DNA of 46,534 nucleotides from a virus (taxonomy: Duplodnaviria; Heunggongvirae; Uroviricota; Caudoviricetes). The notes under the pieces were generated by a model that did not search any database, had not been told where the DNA came from, and was given only the letters and a program-made list of their open reading frames with translations. Each line of letters begins with the position of its first letter. The stretch's first letter is position 1. Position numbers and translations under genes: made by a program. Positions 34,719 to 42,423 of the stretch are shown piece after piece. The stretch lies in the IMG/VR virus record IMGVR_UViG_2667527666_000009, one strand, 5' to 3'.

Positions 34719-36032
34719 TCAATCTTTTTTATCGGGATCAGGCTTCTTTTTAGGTAACTTCGGGGGCTTAACTTGCTGATGACTTTGCGTTCGGCGCGTA
34801 AGCCAGGGATGGTCAGCTTTAGGTTTAACATAGTATTTTGAGCGTAAATCAATACGGGCATTATCCACTCGTTCATGGACACTCTTTTCATCATCCAGTG
34901 GTATAGGCTCCGGGCCATCAACATACTTTTCCCAGCCCAGCGCTTTCCCGTCATACAGAACGTTAATTTCACCGTCAAAGTTCTCGCATACAGTAACAAC
35001 CGAATGCCTAAGTCGATATCCCCGGCCCTCACTGCGTACCTGAAACGCACTGCTTTTGTACTGGAAAGTGAGATTTTTAGACAGAACGCGCTTCGCCTGT
35101 AGGCTGAAGATATAACCCAGTTCCTCTTCAGAATGGTGCACATCAAGATGAGCATTATCAGTAGTACGAGGCGACGTAGCGAACCGGTTGTTATAGGCTT
35201 CAATAAAGGTCGGCAACCATGCATTTGCTGTTTCAATATCACTGATATTCTGAAGCCGCATTTCTTTGACCAGCCTGTCCTGTAGTGTCTGATTGGCGCG
35301 CTCTACCCGCCCTTTTGCCTGCGGGCTGTTGGCATGGATTGGCTCGATGCCCAGTGTCTTTATCGCACGAGTGAACTGGGTCAGCTCACCTTCCCGCTCT
35401 GGGTTATTTACCCTGAATATACTGTGTCTATCAGAGTAGAGAGCGAGCGGTACGCCATGATCATTAAGGTAACCCCGGAGGGTTTCCATGTAAGCCCGGG
35501 TTGTTTCAGCAGGCACAAAACGCAACGCCATCAACGCACTGGTGGCATCATCAATGAAAACGATCAGTGTACATCTGGGGCCTCGATTTTCAAACCAGTC
35601 ATGAGGTGAGCCATCAATCTGGATCAGTTCACCGTAAGATGGTCGTCGCATGCGGCGTTGATATATACGGGCAATTTTACGACGGCGTTCACGCCATAAC
35701 CCCTCTTCTATCATCCACTTTCTGAGAGTTTCAACGGATAAAGATAAACCGTGTATCTCGCGCAATTTTTCGCACGCAAACGTAGGTCCAAAATCAGCGT
35801 AACGGCCTTTGAGGAGTGAAATTACTGTTGCTCTGAATTCAGTAGAAAAGGAATTATTAGGACGCTTTCCACGTCGGTGGGAAACCAGACCAGAAGGCCC
35901 TTCATTTCTATACCGTTGCACCAGACGTTTAACCTGCCGAATAGAAATGCCAATGCGTGCCGCAGCTTGTTCCTGAATAATCTGAAGTCGGTGGAGTTCC
36001 TTATGACTCATCGTAACAGTCTCTTTGATCAT
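34719..36032 (-). CDS. single-ORF DDE transposase (HTH plus rve integrase core; IS481- or ISNCY-like)
   Basis: 437 aa; N-terminal HTH, central DDE region with D...D...E(x)K/R signature, basic C-terminal tail; element boundaries not resolved. Confidence 0.7.
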   Translation of the reverse strand: MIKETVTMSHKELHRLQIIQEQAAARIGISIRQVKRLVQRYRNEGPSGLVSHRRGKRPNNSFSTEFRATVISLLKGRYADFGPTFACEKLREIHGLSLSVETLRKWMIEEGLWRERRRKIARIYQRRMRRPSYGELIQIDGSPHDWFENRGPRCTLIVFIDDATSALMALRFVPAETTRAYMETLRGYLNDHGVPLALYSDRHSIFRVNNPEREGELTQFTRAIKTLGIEPIHANSPQAKGRVERANQTLQDRLVKEMRLQNISDIETANAWLPTFIEAYNNRFATSPRTTDNAHLDVHHSEEELGYIFSLQAKRVLSKNLTFQYKSSAFQVRSEGRGYRLRHSVVTVCENFDGEINVLYDGKALGWEKYVDGPEPIPLDDEKSVHERVDNARIDLRSKYYVKPKADHPWLTRRTQSHQQVKPPKLPKKKPDPDKKD

Positions 36033-36366
36033 GAAAAATCCCCCAGAGAATTGTCTGGGGACATTTTAGAATGGTTCAAAGGGGACATTACAGCTTGGTG
36101 TTAACAATAGCCTGCTTCTCCGTGCCTTTCGGCACGTAAGAGGCTAACCTACATGTGTCTAGCATGAAATTGGCCTCAGATTAATGTTAAGCGTCTTGCA
36201 GGACGCGTAATGTTAACTGGGGCTTTTCTCTATCTGCCGTTGGTGTCCATGCCCGAGGCAGATAGCCTCAAGCACCCGCAGTCATTCTACTTAACTAAGA
36301 TTTCCCCGCAAACCGTTTTTGTCCAGCACAGTAAATATCCAACTAAACCAATGGAGTTCGCTGTAT

Positions 36367-36546
36367 TTACCGCCAGTATTCAATGCACATGACCGCCATG
36401 AACACCCCTAAAAAAAGGGCATTTATATATCCAAATATTAATATCAAAACATCAACTTTTTCCATATACCTTGCTGTGAAGATGATGGGCATACATGATG
36501 CGAACAACCAGAACGCAACAAACAAAAACTGCAATGCGTTTTTCAT
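36367..36546 (-). CDS. hypothetical small two-helix membrane protein
   Basis: ORF 36367..36585; start at ATG 36544..36546 preceded by strong SD GTAGGAGGAATA; 59 aa, strongly hydrophobic. Confidence 0.5.
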   Translation of the reverse strand: MKNALQFLFVAFWLFASCMPIIFTARYMEKVDVLILIFGYINALFLGVFMAVMCIEYWR

Positions 36547-37698
36547 TATTCCTCCTACAATCAATGTGCAATTACATTTAAACACACCTCAATTTGGCCG
36601 GACATATAAATATCTAAACCAGAAAAAATCACTTACATAGCGTTACAAACTCTTTAGTCTAAAGGTTCATCGTAAAACATTCCCCATACTTATCAGTCCG
36701 TTCCGCGCCAGGTAGCTCATTGCCTTATCTGGCAACCTGTAATCAGGTTTCCGCTTTTTCAGTTGGCTGGTCGTTTAACCGACATAGTTAATCCATTAAT
36801 CTAGTTGCCGGATGTTGGTGGATTTTCGCGTTTTAGTTGTTCATAAAAGTGCACAGCTTTAACCAGTTCTTCTGATGTAACTGGGACTGGTGAGGCAGTG
36901 AATAAGGCCTGAATTTGATAGTTCGGCCTGTCGTTACAATCCTCTTTTTTCGGTACATATTTCCAGTCACCAGACCACTACTTCCCCTGAAAGTCCGTAA
37001 CGCCTTTTTTCACGTAGCGATATCGCCATGCCACTGGTTTTGCTTGCCCCGCCGTTTCATGCCCTTCCTGATAATTAATCTCGCTCATTCATCGCCCCAC
37101 TCATCACAATATGCTTCGACCGGAGTTTTTCCCGCTTCATAGTCATCACGCTAGGATTCGACATCAGCAGCACTTCCACCGCGTAACTCACCATAGTCCA
37201 TTAATAGTTCATCCCGCTCTTCAAAACTGATGTTATATTTAGCTGAACAAAAATCAGCCACTTTGTTCTTCCTCATCGTCTTTTATTTCGTGGTATGAGT
37301 AATTGCAGTAGTTAAAGAAAATTTCTTATGCTCCGTCATGAATTTCCTCAGGTGTTGCGTCATCGTCCACTTCGAATACATCCTCAAAATCTCCACCAGC
37401 TATTCCCGTTTCAATAATAATTTTGAACTTTCGCATTTCACTACCGCCCTTTCGGGCGGCCTCCTGATGTTCTGAGGGTGCAGAAATCCATCCGGTTAAG
37501 GATTAAATTTTATTTACAGAACTGAATTTAATTATTCAGATATACGTATCTGTAGCCTTACGAATCTACTCACTGGATGCCTCTTTCATAAAAATAATCC
37601 AGTGGGTTTTATCGTTTTTTCCCTGTTCGTTGACAGATAACAGGTTTTCTGTCTGTCAGTGCCAGAATCTGGCTTACCGGTATTTGCGTTTCATTCCA

Positions 37699-38055
37699 TT
37701 AAAAAATCAGAACGCCGTGCGGCCTCAACACCCGAAAGGCTTCTTTAAATCTCTGTCGCGAATCATCACGCCAGGCATCTTTATTCAGCCGTCCATATTT
37801 CTTTCCCATCCAGGCGTTATCACCAACACTCTCAAGATGCGGAGGGTCTAATACAACCATCGAAAAAGATGCGTCTGCAAATGATAATGCACGAAAATCT
37901 GCGATAATGTCAGGGCTGATAATCAAGCGTCTCCCATTGCGTAATGTGTATCCTTCTTTTCTGATATCGCTGAATATCGCCCGTTCGTCAGACTTATCGA
38001 ACCAGAACATGCGGCTGCCACAGCACATATCAAGAATGGTTGCCGGTGCACTCAC
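37699..38055 (-). CDS. SAM-dependent methyltransferase, probably C-terminally truncated
   Basis: 118 aa; motif-I-like DMCCGS and catalytic-type VLDPPH; stops shortly after a strand-5-like GVLIF; ATGA overlap with the upstream gene. Confidence 0.55.
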   Translation of the reverse strand: MSAPATILDMCCGSRMFWFDKSDERAIFSDIRKEGYTLRNGRRLIISPDIIADFRALSFADASFSMVVLDPPHLESVGDNAWMGKKYGRLNKDAWRDDSRQRFKEAFRVLRPHGVLIF

Positions 38056-38474
38056 TGCGCCACGTCCTGAAAATTACCCTGATAGAAAGCCAGTATGCGC
38101 TGCATAACTTCGCTCTTCCGGCACTCGCGACAGATTATGTTTAGGCGACTGTCGTAGCGACGTATTTCTCCGTCAGGTGATGACCAGATAAGGTCCGGAT
38201 CAACCACAGCAGGTTTCTTCACCTTTGCCCTCGAGAGTTTTTTGCGGGCGTTTTGCCAGTCCTTACGCGCCTGTTCAGAGGGGAATAACCCGTAGCCGGA
38301 GTTGTATACATCGCCACTGGCTACCAGCTCTCTGGCAAGAACGCTCATCAGATATCTAGTCGCACCTGTTTTAGCTTCCAGTTGCCGTAACGTCTCACGG
38401 CCGCTCTGGCGCACGAGTTCCACCACCTGCCATTTAATTTTTTCCCGCTCTTCTTGTGTAAAAACTTTTGCCAC
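38052..38474 (-). CDS. hypothetical protein, possible winged-helix DNA-binding protein of the replication region
   Basis: 140 aa; translationally coupled to the downstream methyltransferase gene; no confident family. Confidence 0.4.
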   Translation of the reverse strand: MAKVFTQEEREKIKWQVVELVRQSGRETLRQLEAKTGATRYLMSVLARELVASGDVYNSGYGLFPSEQARKDWQNARKKLSRAKVKKPAVVDPDLIWSSPDGEIRRYDSRLNIICRECRKSEVMQRILAFYQGNFQDVAQ

Positions 38475-38514
38475 AAGTCCCCCTTAAAATTACCTCATGA
38501 CCTGAAATCAACAC

Positions 38515-39480
38515 TTATCCTCTGAAACCAGGCGGAATTTCTGTATCCGGTTCAGAAATATGATTAACACAACGCTGTACAGGTGAACGTCCCAGGCGGA
38601 TGACCAGTTCGTCCCATTTTTCGCGGAGCTTTGACGGGCTCATGATGTTTTTTACCCAGAATGGATCTCGCTGAACCCGACCAAACATTTCGCAAATTTG
38701 TCTGTGGCTTCTGCCATCCAGCATCCGCATTGTGCGCACGTCATTGGCCCAGGCAGTCCAGTTAGGCTCTTTTGGTCGCATGATCTCGCCATCATCACTG
38801 GCTGCCTGTTCGTAGAGACCCACGATCCGCCCCCAGATCCACTGCGCACACGCCAAATCCTCCCTGCTACCCCACTGGCGTTTTTTCGCACTAAACACAA
38901 CCGCGTCGGAGTTCCGGGTTAAAAAATCCTGTTCAGTCGTCTGCGGGTCCGGTTGCGAAGCTTCCGGACGAAAAGTGTTTTTATTCTCTGTAGTAATCTC
39001 TGTTGTATTCTCTGTAAGATCATCAGGCCATTTTGACCCGATGACATTGGGTCGTTTTGAACCAATGGAGCGTTTCATTTTGACCTCTTCCATCGTGTCA
39101 TTTTGACCTGATGGAGCGGCGCATTTTGAACCGATGGATTCGCTCAATTTGCCACCATCTAAAAGCTCGCTCCCATAGTTGATCGTGTAGAAATTGGTCA
39201 TATCGCGCTTTGATTTATTGAGCTTTTCACAACGCAAAAGCCCCAGCGTTTTCAGACTTACAAACGCGCGCTTTAACGTTGACTCTGACCAGAATGGGAA
39301 CTGTTCCAGCCATTGTTCCGTTGTGTTATAAATCCAGCGAACACCATCACATTCCATGCCGGAGTTGGTATCTCTCAACCAGTAGTGCAGTTGTTGCAAA
39401 ACAATGGCTTCGTTTAAGCCAATTTTCATTGCCAGCTGCGTGTTTATAACCAGTGGGCGTTCAGCAAAAAGAAGGCTCAT
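38515..39480 (-). CDS. phage replication initiator / replisome organiser (O-like)
   Basis: ORF 38515..39534; start taken at ATG 39478..39480 (MSLLFAERPLV...); N-terminal HTH replisome-organiser-like region; position downstream of cro-like and cII-like genes. Confidence 0.6.
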   Translation of the reverse strand: MSLLFAERPLVINTQLAMKIGLNEAIVLQQLHYWLRDTNSGMECDGVRWIYNTTEQWLEQFPFWSESTLKRAFVSLKTLGLLRCEKLNKSKRDMTNFYTINYGSELLDGGKLSESIGSKCAAPSGQNDTMEEVKMKRSIGSKRPNVIGSKWPDDLTENTTEITTENKNTFRPEASQPDPQTTEQDFLTRNSDAVVFSAKKRQWGSREDLACAQWIWGRIVGLYEQAASDDGEIMRPKEPNWTAWANDVRTMRMLDGRSHRQICEMFGRVQRDPFWVKNIMSPSKLREKWDELVIRLGRSPVQRCVNHISEPDTEIPPGFRG

Positions 39481-39982
39481 AATTCCATCCAGCTTTTTGT
39501 TGGTATTGCTGTCGATACGCAAGTTTGAAAGCAATTGCTTTTTCTATAAGTTCGTCAGTTTCACGATCCACTACGGCAGGATCAGCAAAAAGCAGTCCGG
39601 ACTCCACCACATCGCCATATTCTTTGTTTAACCCGGCGATCATGCACGTGATGCTTTTTCCGTCAGTAATTTCACGATACAACCTGAAATCATTAATCCG
39701 GATAGCCTCCATAATTGCAGGCACTAGCGCCGTGAACTTTTCACGCTTATCCCTGGTGTCGATAGCCTTCCAGCGTTCAAATATCTTCACTCGATTAACG
39801 CCAAGCGCTCGCTGATCAATCGCGCCACCTTCATATGTGACACGCTGAACATCGATGTTCGGGCGCTCTTTCAAAGCCCAGAATGCTTCAGTGATTAATA
39901 TCGTCGCCTGCTCCTGTGTCATTCCTGGTCGACATATCCAGGCATCCAGAGCCTCACGAGCCTGTTCAGGAGTGATTTTCAT
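39461..39982 (-). CDS. YdaT-like protein (CII-analogue position)
   Basis: 173 aa; segment DTRDKREKFTALVPAIMEAI resembles YdaT-family proteins; immediately downstream of dicC. Confidence 0.5.
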   Translation of the reverse strand: MKITPEQAREALDAWICRPGMTQEQATILITEAFWALKERPNIDVQRVTYEGGAIDQRALGVNRVKIFERWKAIDTRDKREKFTALVPAIMEAIRINDFRLYREITDGKSITCMIAGLNKEYGDVVESGLLFADPAVVDRETDELIEKAIAFKLAYRQQYQQKAGWNYEPSFC

Positions 39983-40196
39983 TGTTCAACCGCCCCGCCC
40001 GCTTCGTCTTACGATATTCATCATAAACTTTGGGATCATACTGAAGCTCCCCGCCAGATGCCTCCTGTAGACGCATCGCGCGACCTTCGGGAACTAAATC
40101 CCCTTTCCAGCTATAAAGCGAAGCCAAACGAATACCTGCTGCTTGTGCAAGTTTTGTTTTTGAACCGAAATACAAAAGAGCGTCAGTTTTAAGCAT
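39966..40196 (-). CDS. dicC: Cro-like HTH regulator DicC
   Basis: 76 aa; MLKTDALLYFGSKTKLAQAAGIRLASLYSWKGDLVPEGRAMRLQEASGGELQYD...; divergent from dicA. Confidence 0.8.
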   Translation of the reverse strand: MLKTDALLYFGSKTKLAQAAGIRLASLYSWKGDLVPEGRAMRLQEASGGELQYDPKVYDEYRKTKRAGRLNNENHS

Positions 40197-40210
40197 TTAA
40201 AACACCTTTA

Positions 40211-40230
40211 TTGTTAGTCATAACTAACAA
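40211..40230. promoter_or_regulatory. operator palindrome in the dicC-dicA divergent promoter region
   Basis: TTGTTAGTCATAACTAACAA, 8-bp inverted arms around a 4-bp centre. Confidence 0.65.
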
Positions 40231-40279
40231 GATAGATGTTAACAAAAACATAGTCAATACGATTTAGCATTAGCTAACT

Positions 40280-40687
40280 ATGGAAACAAAAAATTTAACT
40301 ATCGGCGAACGCATCAGGTATCGTCGGAAAAACCTCAAACACACCCAAAGGTCTCTTGCTAAAGCCCTGAAAATCTCCCATGTGTCTGTATCACAATGGG
40401 AACGGGGTGATAGTGAACCTACAGGGAAGAACCTTTTTGCCCTCAGCAAAGTATTGCAATGCTCACCAACATGGATTCTATTTGGCGATGAAGACAAGCA
40501 ACCAACACCACCTGTTGAGAAGCCAGTTGCCTTATCCCCCAAAGAACTAGAGCTCCTTGAGCTGTTTAATGCACTGCCAGAATCAGAACAGGATACCCAG
40601 CTCGCCGAAATGCGAGCTCGAGTAAAAAACTTCAATAAACTCTTTGAAGAATTACTAAAAGCCCGTCAGCGGACAAATAAAAGATAA
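40280..40687 (+). CDS. dicA: repressor DicA (cI/C2-like HTH)
   Basis: 135 aa; METKNLTIGERIRYRRKNLKHTQRSLAKALKISHVSVSQWERGDSEPTGKNLFALSKVL... matches recalled DicA. Confidence 0.9.
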   Translation: METKNLTIGERIRYRRKNLKHTQRSLAKALKISHVSVSQWERGDSEPTGKNLFALSKVLQCSPTWILFGDEDKQPTPPVEKPVALSPKELELLELFNALPESEQDTQLAEMRARVKNFNKLFEELLKARQRTNKR

Positions 40688-40720
40688 CATCATCAATGAG
40701 TTATCTTTTACCACATCAAT

Positions 40721-40773
40721 TATGTTAGCTATAACATACAAAATCACTTGACCGATATGTTAGTCATGGCTAA
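40721..40773. promoter_or_regulatory. two operator-like imperfect palindromes upstream of ydfA (dicB-operon promoter region)
   Basis: TATGTTAGCTATAACATA (40721..40738) and TTAGTCATGGCTAA (40760..40773), both related to the 40211..40230 operator. Confidence 0.5.
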
Positions 40774-40853
40774 TCTTGTTTGCATCAACACACCGCACGG
40801 TGTTCTCAGCAAACAGTTCCGCTACCCCAGCGTTAAGGGGAAATGAGGTCAGC

Positions 40854-41009
40854 ATGGATACTATCGATCTTGGCAACAACGAATCTCTGGTGTACGGCGT
40901 GTTTCCAAACCAGGACGGCACGTTCACCGCAATGACGTATACCAAAAGCAAAACGTTTAAAACCGAAAATGGTGCCCGTCGCTGGCTGGAAAGAAACTCA
41001 GGTGAGTGA
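40854..41009 (+). CDS. ydfA: small protein YdfA
   Basis: ORF 40776..41009; start at ATG 40854 preceded by GAGGTCAGC; MDTIDLGNNESLVYGVFPNQDGTFTAMTYTKSKTFKTENGARRWLERNSGE. Confidence 0.8.
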   Translation: MDTIDLGNNESLVYGVFPNQDGTFTAMTYTKSKTFKTENGARRWLERNSGE

Positions 41010-41010
41010 T

Positions 41011-41139
41011 ATGGATTTCGACACAATCATGGAAAAGGCTTACGAAGAATACTTCGAAGGCCTTGCCGAAGGCGAAGAAGCTCTCAGCTTCAGTGAGTTT
41101 AAACAGGCGCTTTCCAGTTCGGCAAAATCTAACGGCTGA
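41011..41139 (+). CDS. ydfB: small protein YdfB
   Basis: manual translation MDFDTIMEKAYEEYFEGLAEGEEALSFSEFKQALSSSAKSNG (42 aa); below the ORF-track size cut-off. Confidence 0.7.
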   Translation: MDFDTIMEKAYEEYFEGLAEGEEALSFSEFKQALSSSAKSNG

Positions 41140-41168
41140 TAAGCGAAACAGCACCGCGAGGAATCAGT

Positions 41169-41387
41169 ATGCAGAAACGAGAACCCGTCATCATCGCGCC
41201 AGACTATACCGATGATGAACTTTATGAGTGGATGCGCCAGAAAATTAATGCAGCGCAGGATCTGAAATGGGCTAATGAAGCCAGGGCTAAGCAGGCTGAA
41301 AATCTGTCCGCTCTGGAGCAGGATATCACCAATCTGGAAAAAGCAGCGGCATTAAGCATTGCCAGAATGATTACATACCCGCGTTAG
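41169..41387 (+). CDS. ydfC: small protein YdfC
   Basis: 72 aa; MQKREPVIIAPDYTDDELYEWMRQKINAAQDLKWANEARAKQ... Confidence 0.8.
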   Translation: MQKREPVIIAPDYTDDELYEWMRQKINAAQDLKWANEARAKQAENLSALEQDITNLEKAAALSIARMITYPR

Positions 41388-41727
41388 TAGCTAATCAACA
41401 AAGCTAAGGTTAGTAATTAAGGAGTTCTCCACGGGTGAGGTGGAGTGCGTGCGCCGGACACGGGTGCGCATCCGGAACTGACAGTTTACTGAAAGGATAT
41501 TTCCCTGAAAAGTCAGACCATAACGCGAAAGCGCACGGCGAGGTAGCTGGTTCATAGATAGCCTGTCGTTAAATTTTCGTCGACCGTGCGCTTCCGGTTG
41601 TGGCAACCCGCGAAATGGCGCGGCGGTAAGTATGGCGGGGTTATTCCTTCCCCGTTGAGGACACCGGGTTGTCAGGTTGACCATACGCTTAAGTGACAAC
41701 CCCGCTGCAACGCCCTCTGTTATCAAT

Positions 41728-41780
41728 TTTCTGGTGACGTTTGGCGGTATCAGTTTTACTCCGTGACTGCTCTGCCGCCC
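41728..41780 (+). ncRNA. dicF: DicF small regulatory RNA (ftsZ-targeting), followed by T-run
   Basis: TTTCTGGTGACGTTTGGCGGTATCAGTTTTACTCCGTGACTGCTCTGCCGCCC matches recalled 53-nt DicF, followed by TTTTT at 41781..41785; lies between ydfC and dicB. Confidence 0.85.
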
Positions 41781-41954
41781 TTTTTAAAGTGAATTTTGTG
41801 ATGTGGTGAATGCGGCTGAGCGCACGCGGAACAGTTAAAACCAAAAACAGTGTTATGGGTGGATTCTCTGTATCCGGCGTTAATTGTTAACTGGTTAACG
41901 TCACCTGGAGGCACCAGGCACTGCATCACAAAATTCATTGTTGAGGACGCGATA

Positions 41955-42143
41955 ATGAAAACGTTATTACCAAACGTTAATACGTCTGAAGGTTGTTTTG
42001 AAATTGGTGTCACTATCAGTAACCCAGTATTTACTGAAGATGCCATTAACAAAAGAAAACAAGAACGGGAGCTATTAAATAAAATATGCATTGTTTCAAT
42101 GCTGGCTCGTTTACGTCTGATGCCAAAAGGATGTGCACAATGA
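41955..42143 (+). CDS. dicB: cell division inhibitor DicB (MinC-interacting)
   Basis: ORF 41850..42143; start at ATG 41955; MKTLLPNVNTSEGCFEIGVTISNPVFTEDAINKRKQERELLNKICIVSMLARLRLMPKGCAQ (62 aa). Confidence 0.9.
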   Translation: MKTLLPNVNTSEGCFEIGVTISNPVFTEDAINKRKQERELLNKICIVSMLARLRLMPKGCAQ

Positions 42144-42331
42144 ATTCAGCATTTGTGCTTGTTCTGACAGTTTTTCTTGTTTCCGGAGAGCCAGTTGATA
42201 TTGCAGTCAGTGTTCACAGGACAATGCAGGAGTGTATGACTGCAGCAACCGAACAGAAAATTCCCGGTAACTGTTACCCGGTCGATAAAGTTATTCACCA
42301 GGATAATATCGAAATCCCGGCAGGTCTTTAA
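42140..42331 (+). CDS. ydfD: small membrane lysis-associated protein YdfD
   Basis: ORF 42086..42331; start at ATG 42140 overlapping the dicB stop (ATGA); MNSAFVLVLTVFLVSGEPVDIAVSVHRTMQECMTAATEQKIPGNCYPVDKVIHQDNIEIPAGL. Confidence 0.85.
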   Translation: MNSAFVLVLTVFLVSGEPVDIAVSVHRTMQECMTAATEQKIPGNCYPVDKVIHQDNIEIPAGL

Positions 42332-42423
42332 AACAGTTCCGTAATAAATATCCGGTTTCATTCTTATATGCCAGCAATGGCAGGGATTTGTTCATCCTTA
42401 AATCTGTCATGAGGTTAAAACAA

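Noticed and set aside
34667-35242. 191-aa minus-strand ORF
   Set aside because: Out-of-frame overlap entirely inside the 437-aa transposase gene.
36915-37142. 75-aa plus-strand ORF
   Set aside because: Lies in the decayed segment, antisense to remnant reading frames; hydrophobic low-complexity with no start context.
39966-39982. dicC and the YdaT-like gene as a toxin-antitoxin pair
   Set aside because: The genomic context (divergent from the repressor, followed by replication genes) fits a cro/cII-type regulatory pair better; nothing in the sequence supports toxicity.
41391-41726. 111-aa minus-strand ORF between ydfC and dicF
   Set aside because: Lies in the structured DicF precursor region of the plus-strand operon, opposite to the operon direction, with no ribosome-binding site; more likely non-coding.
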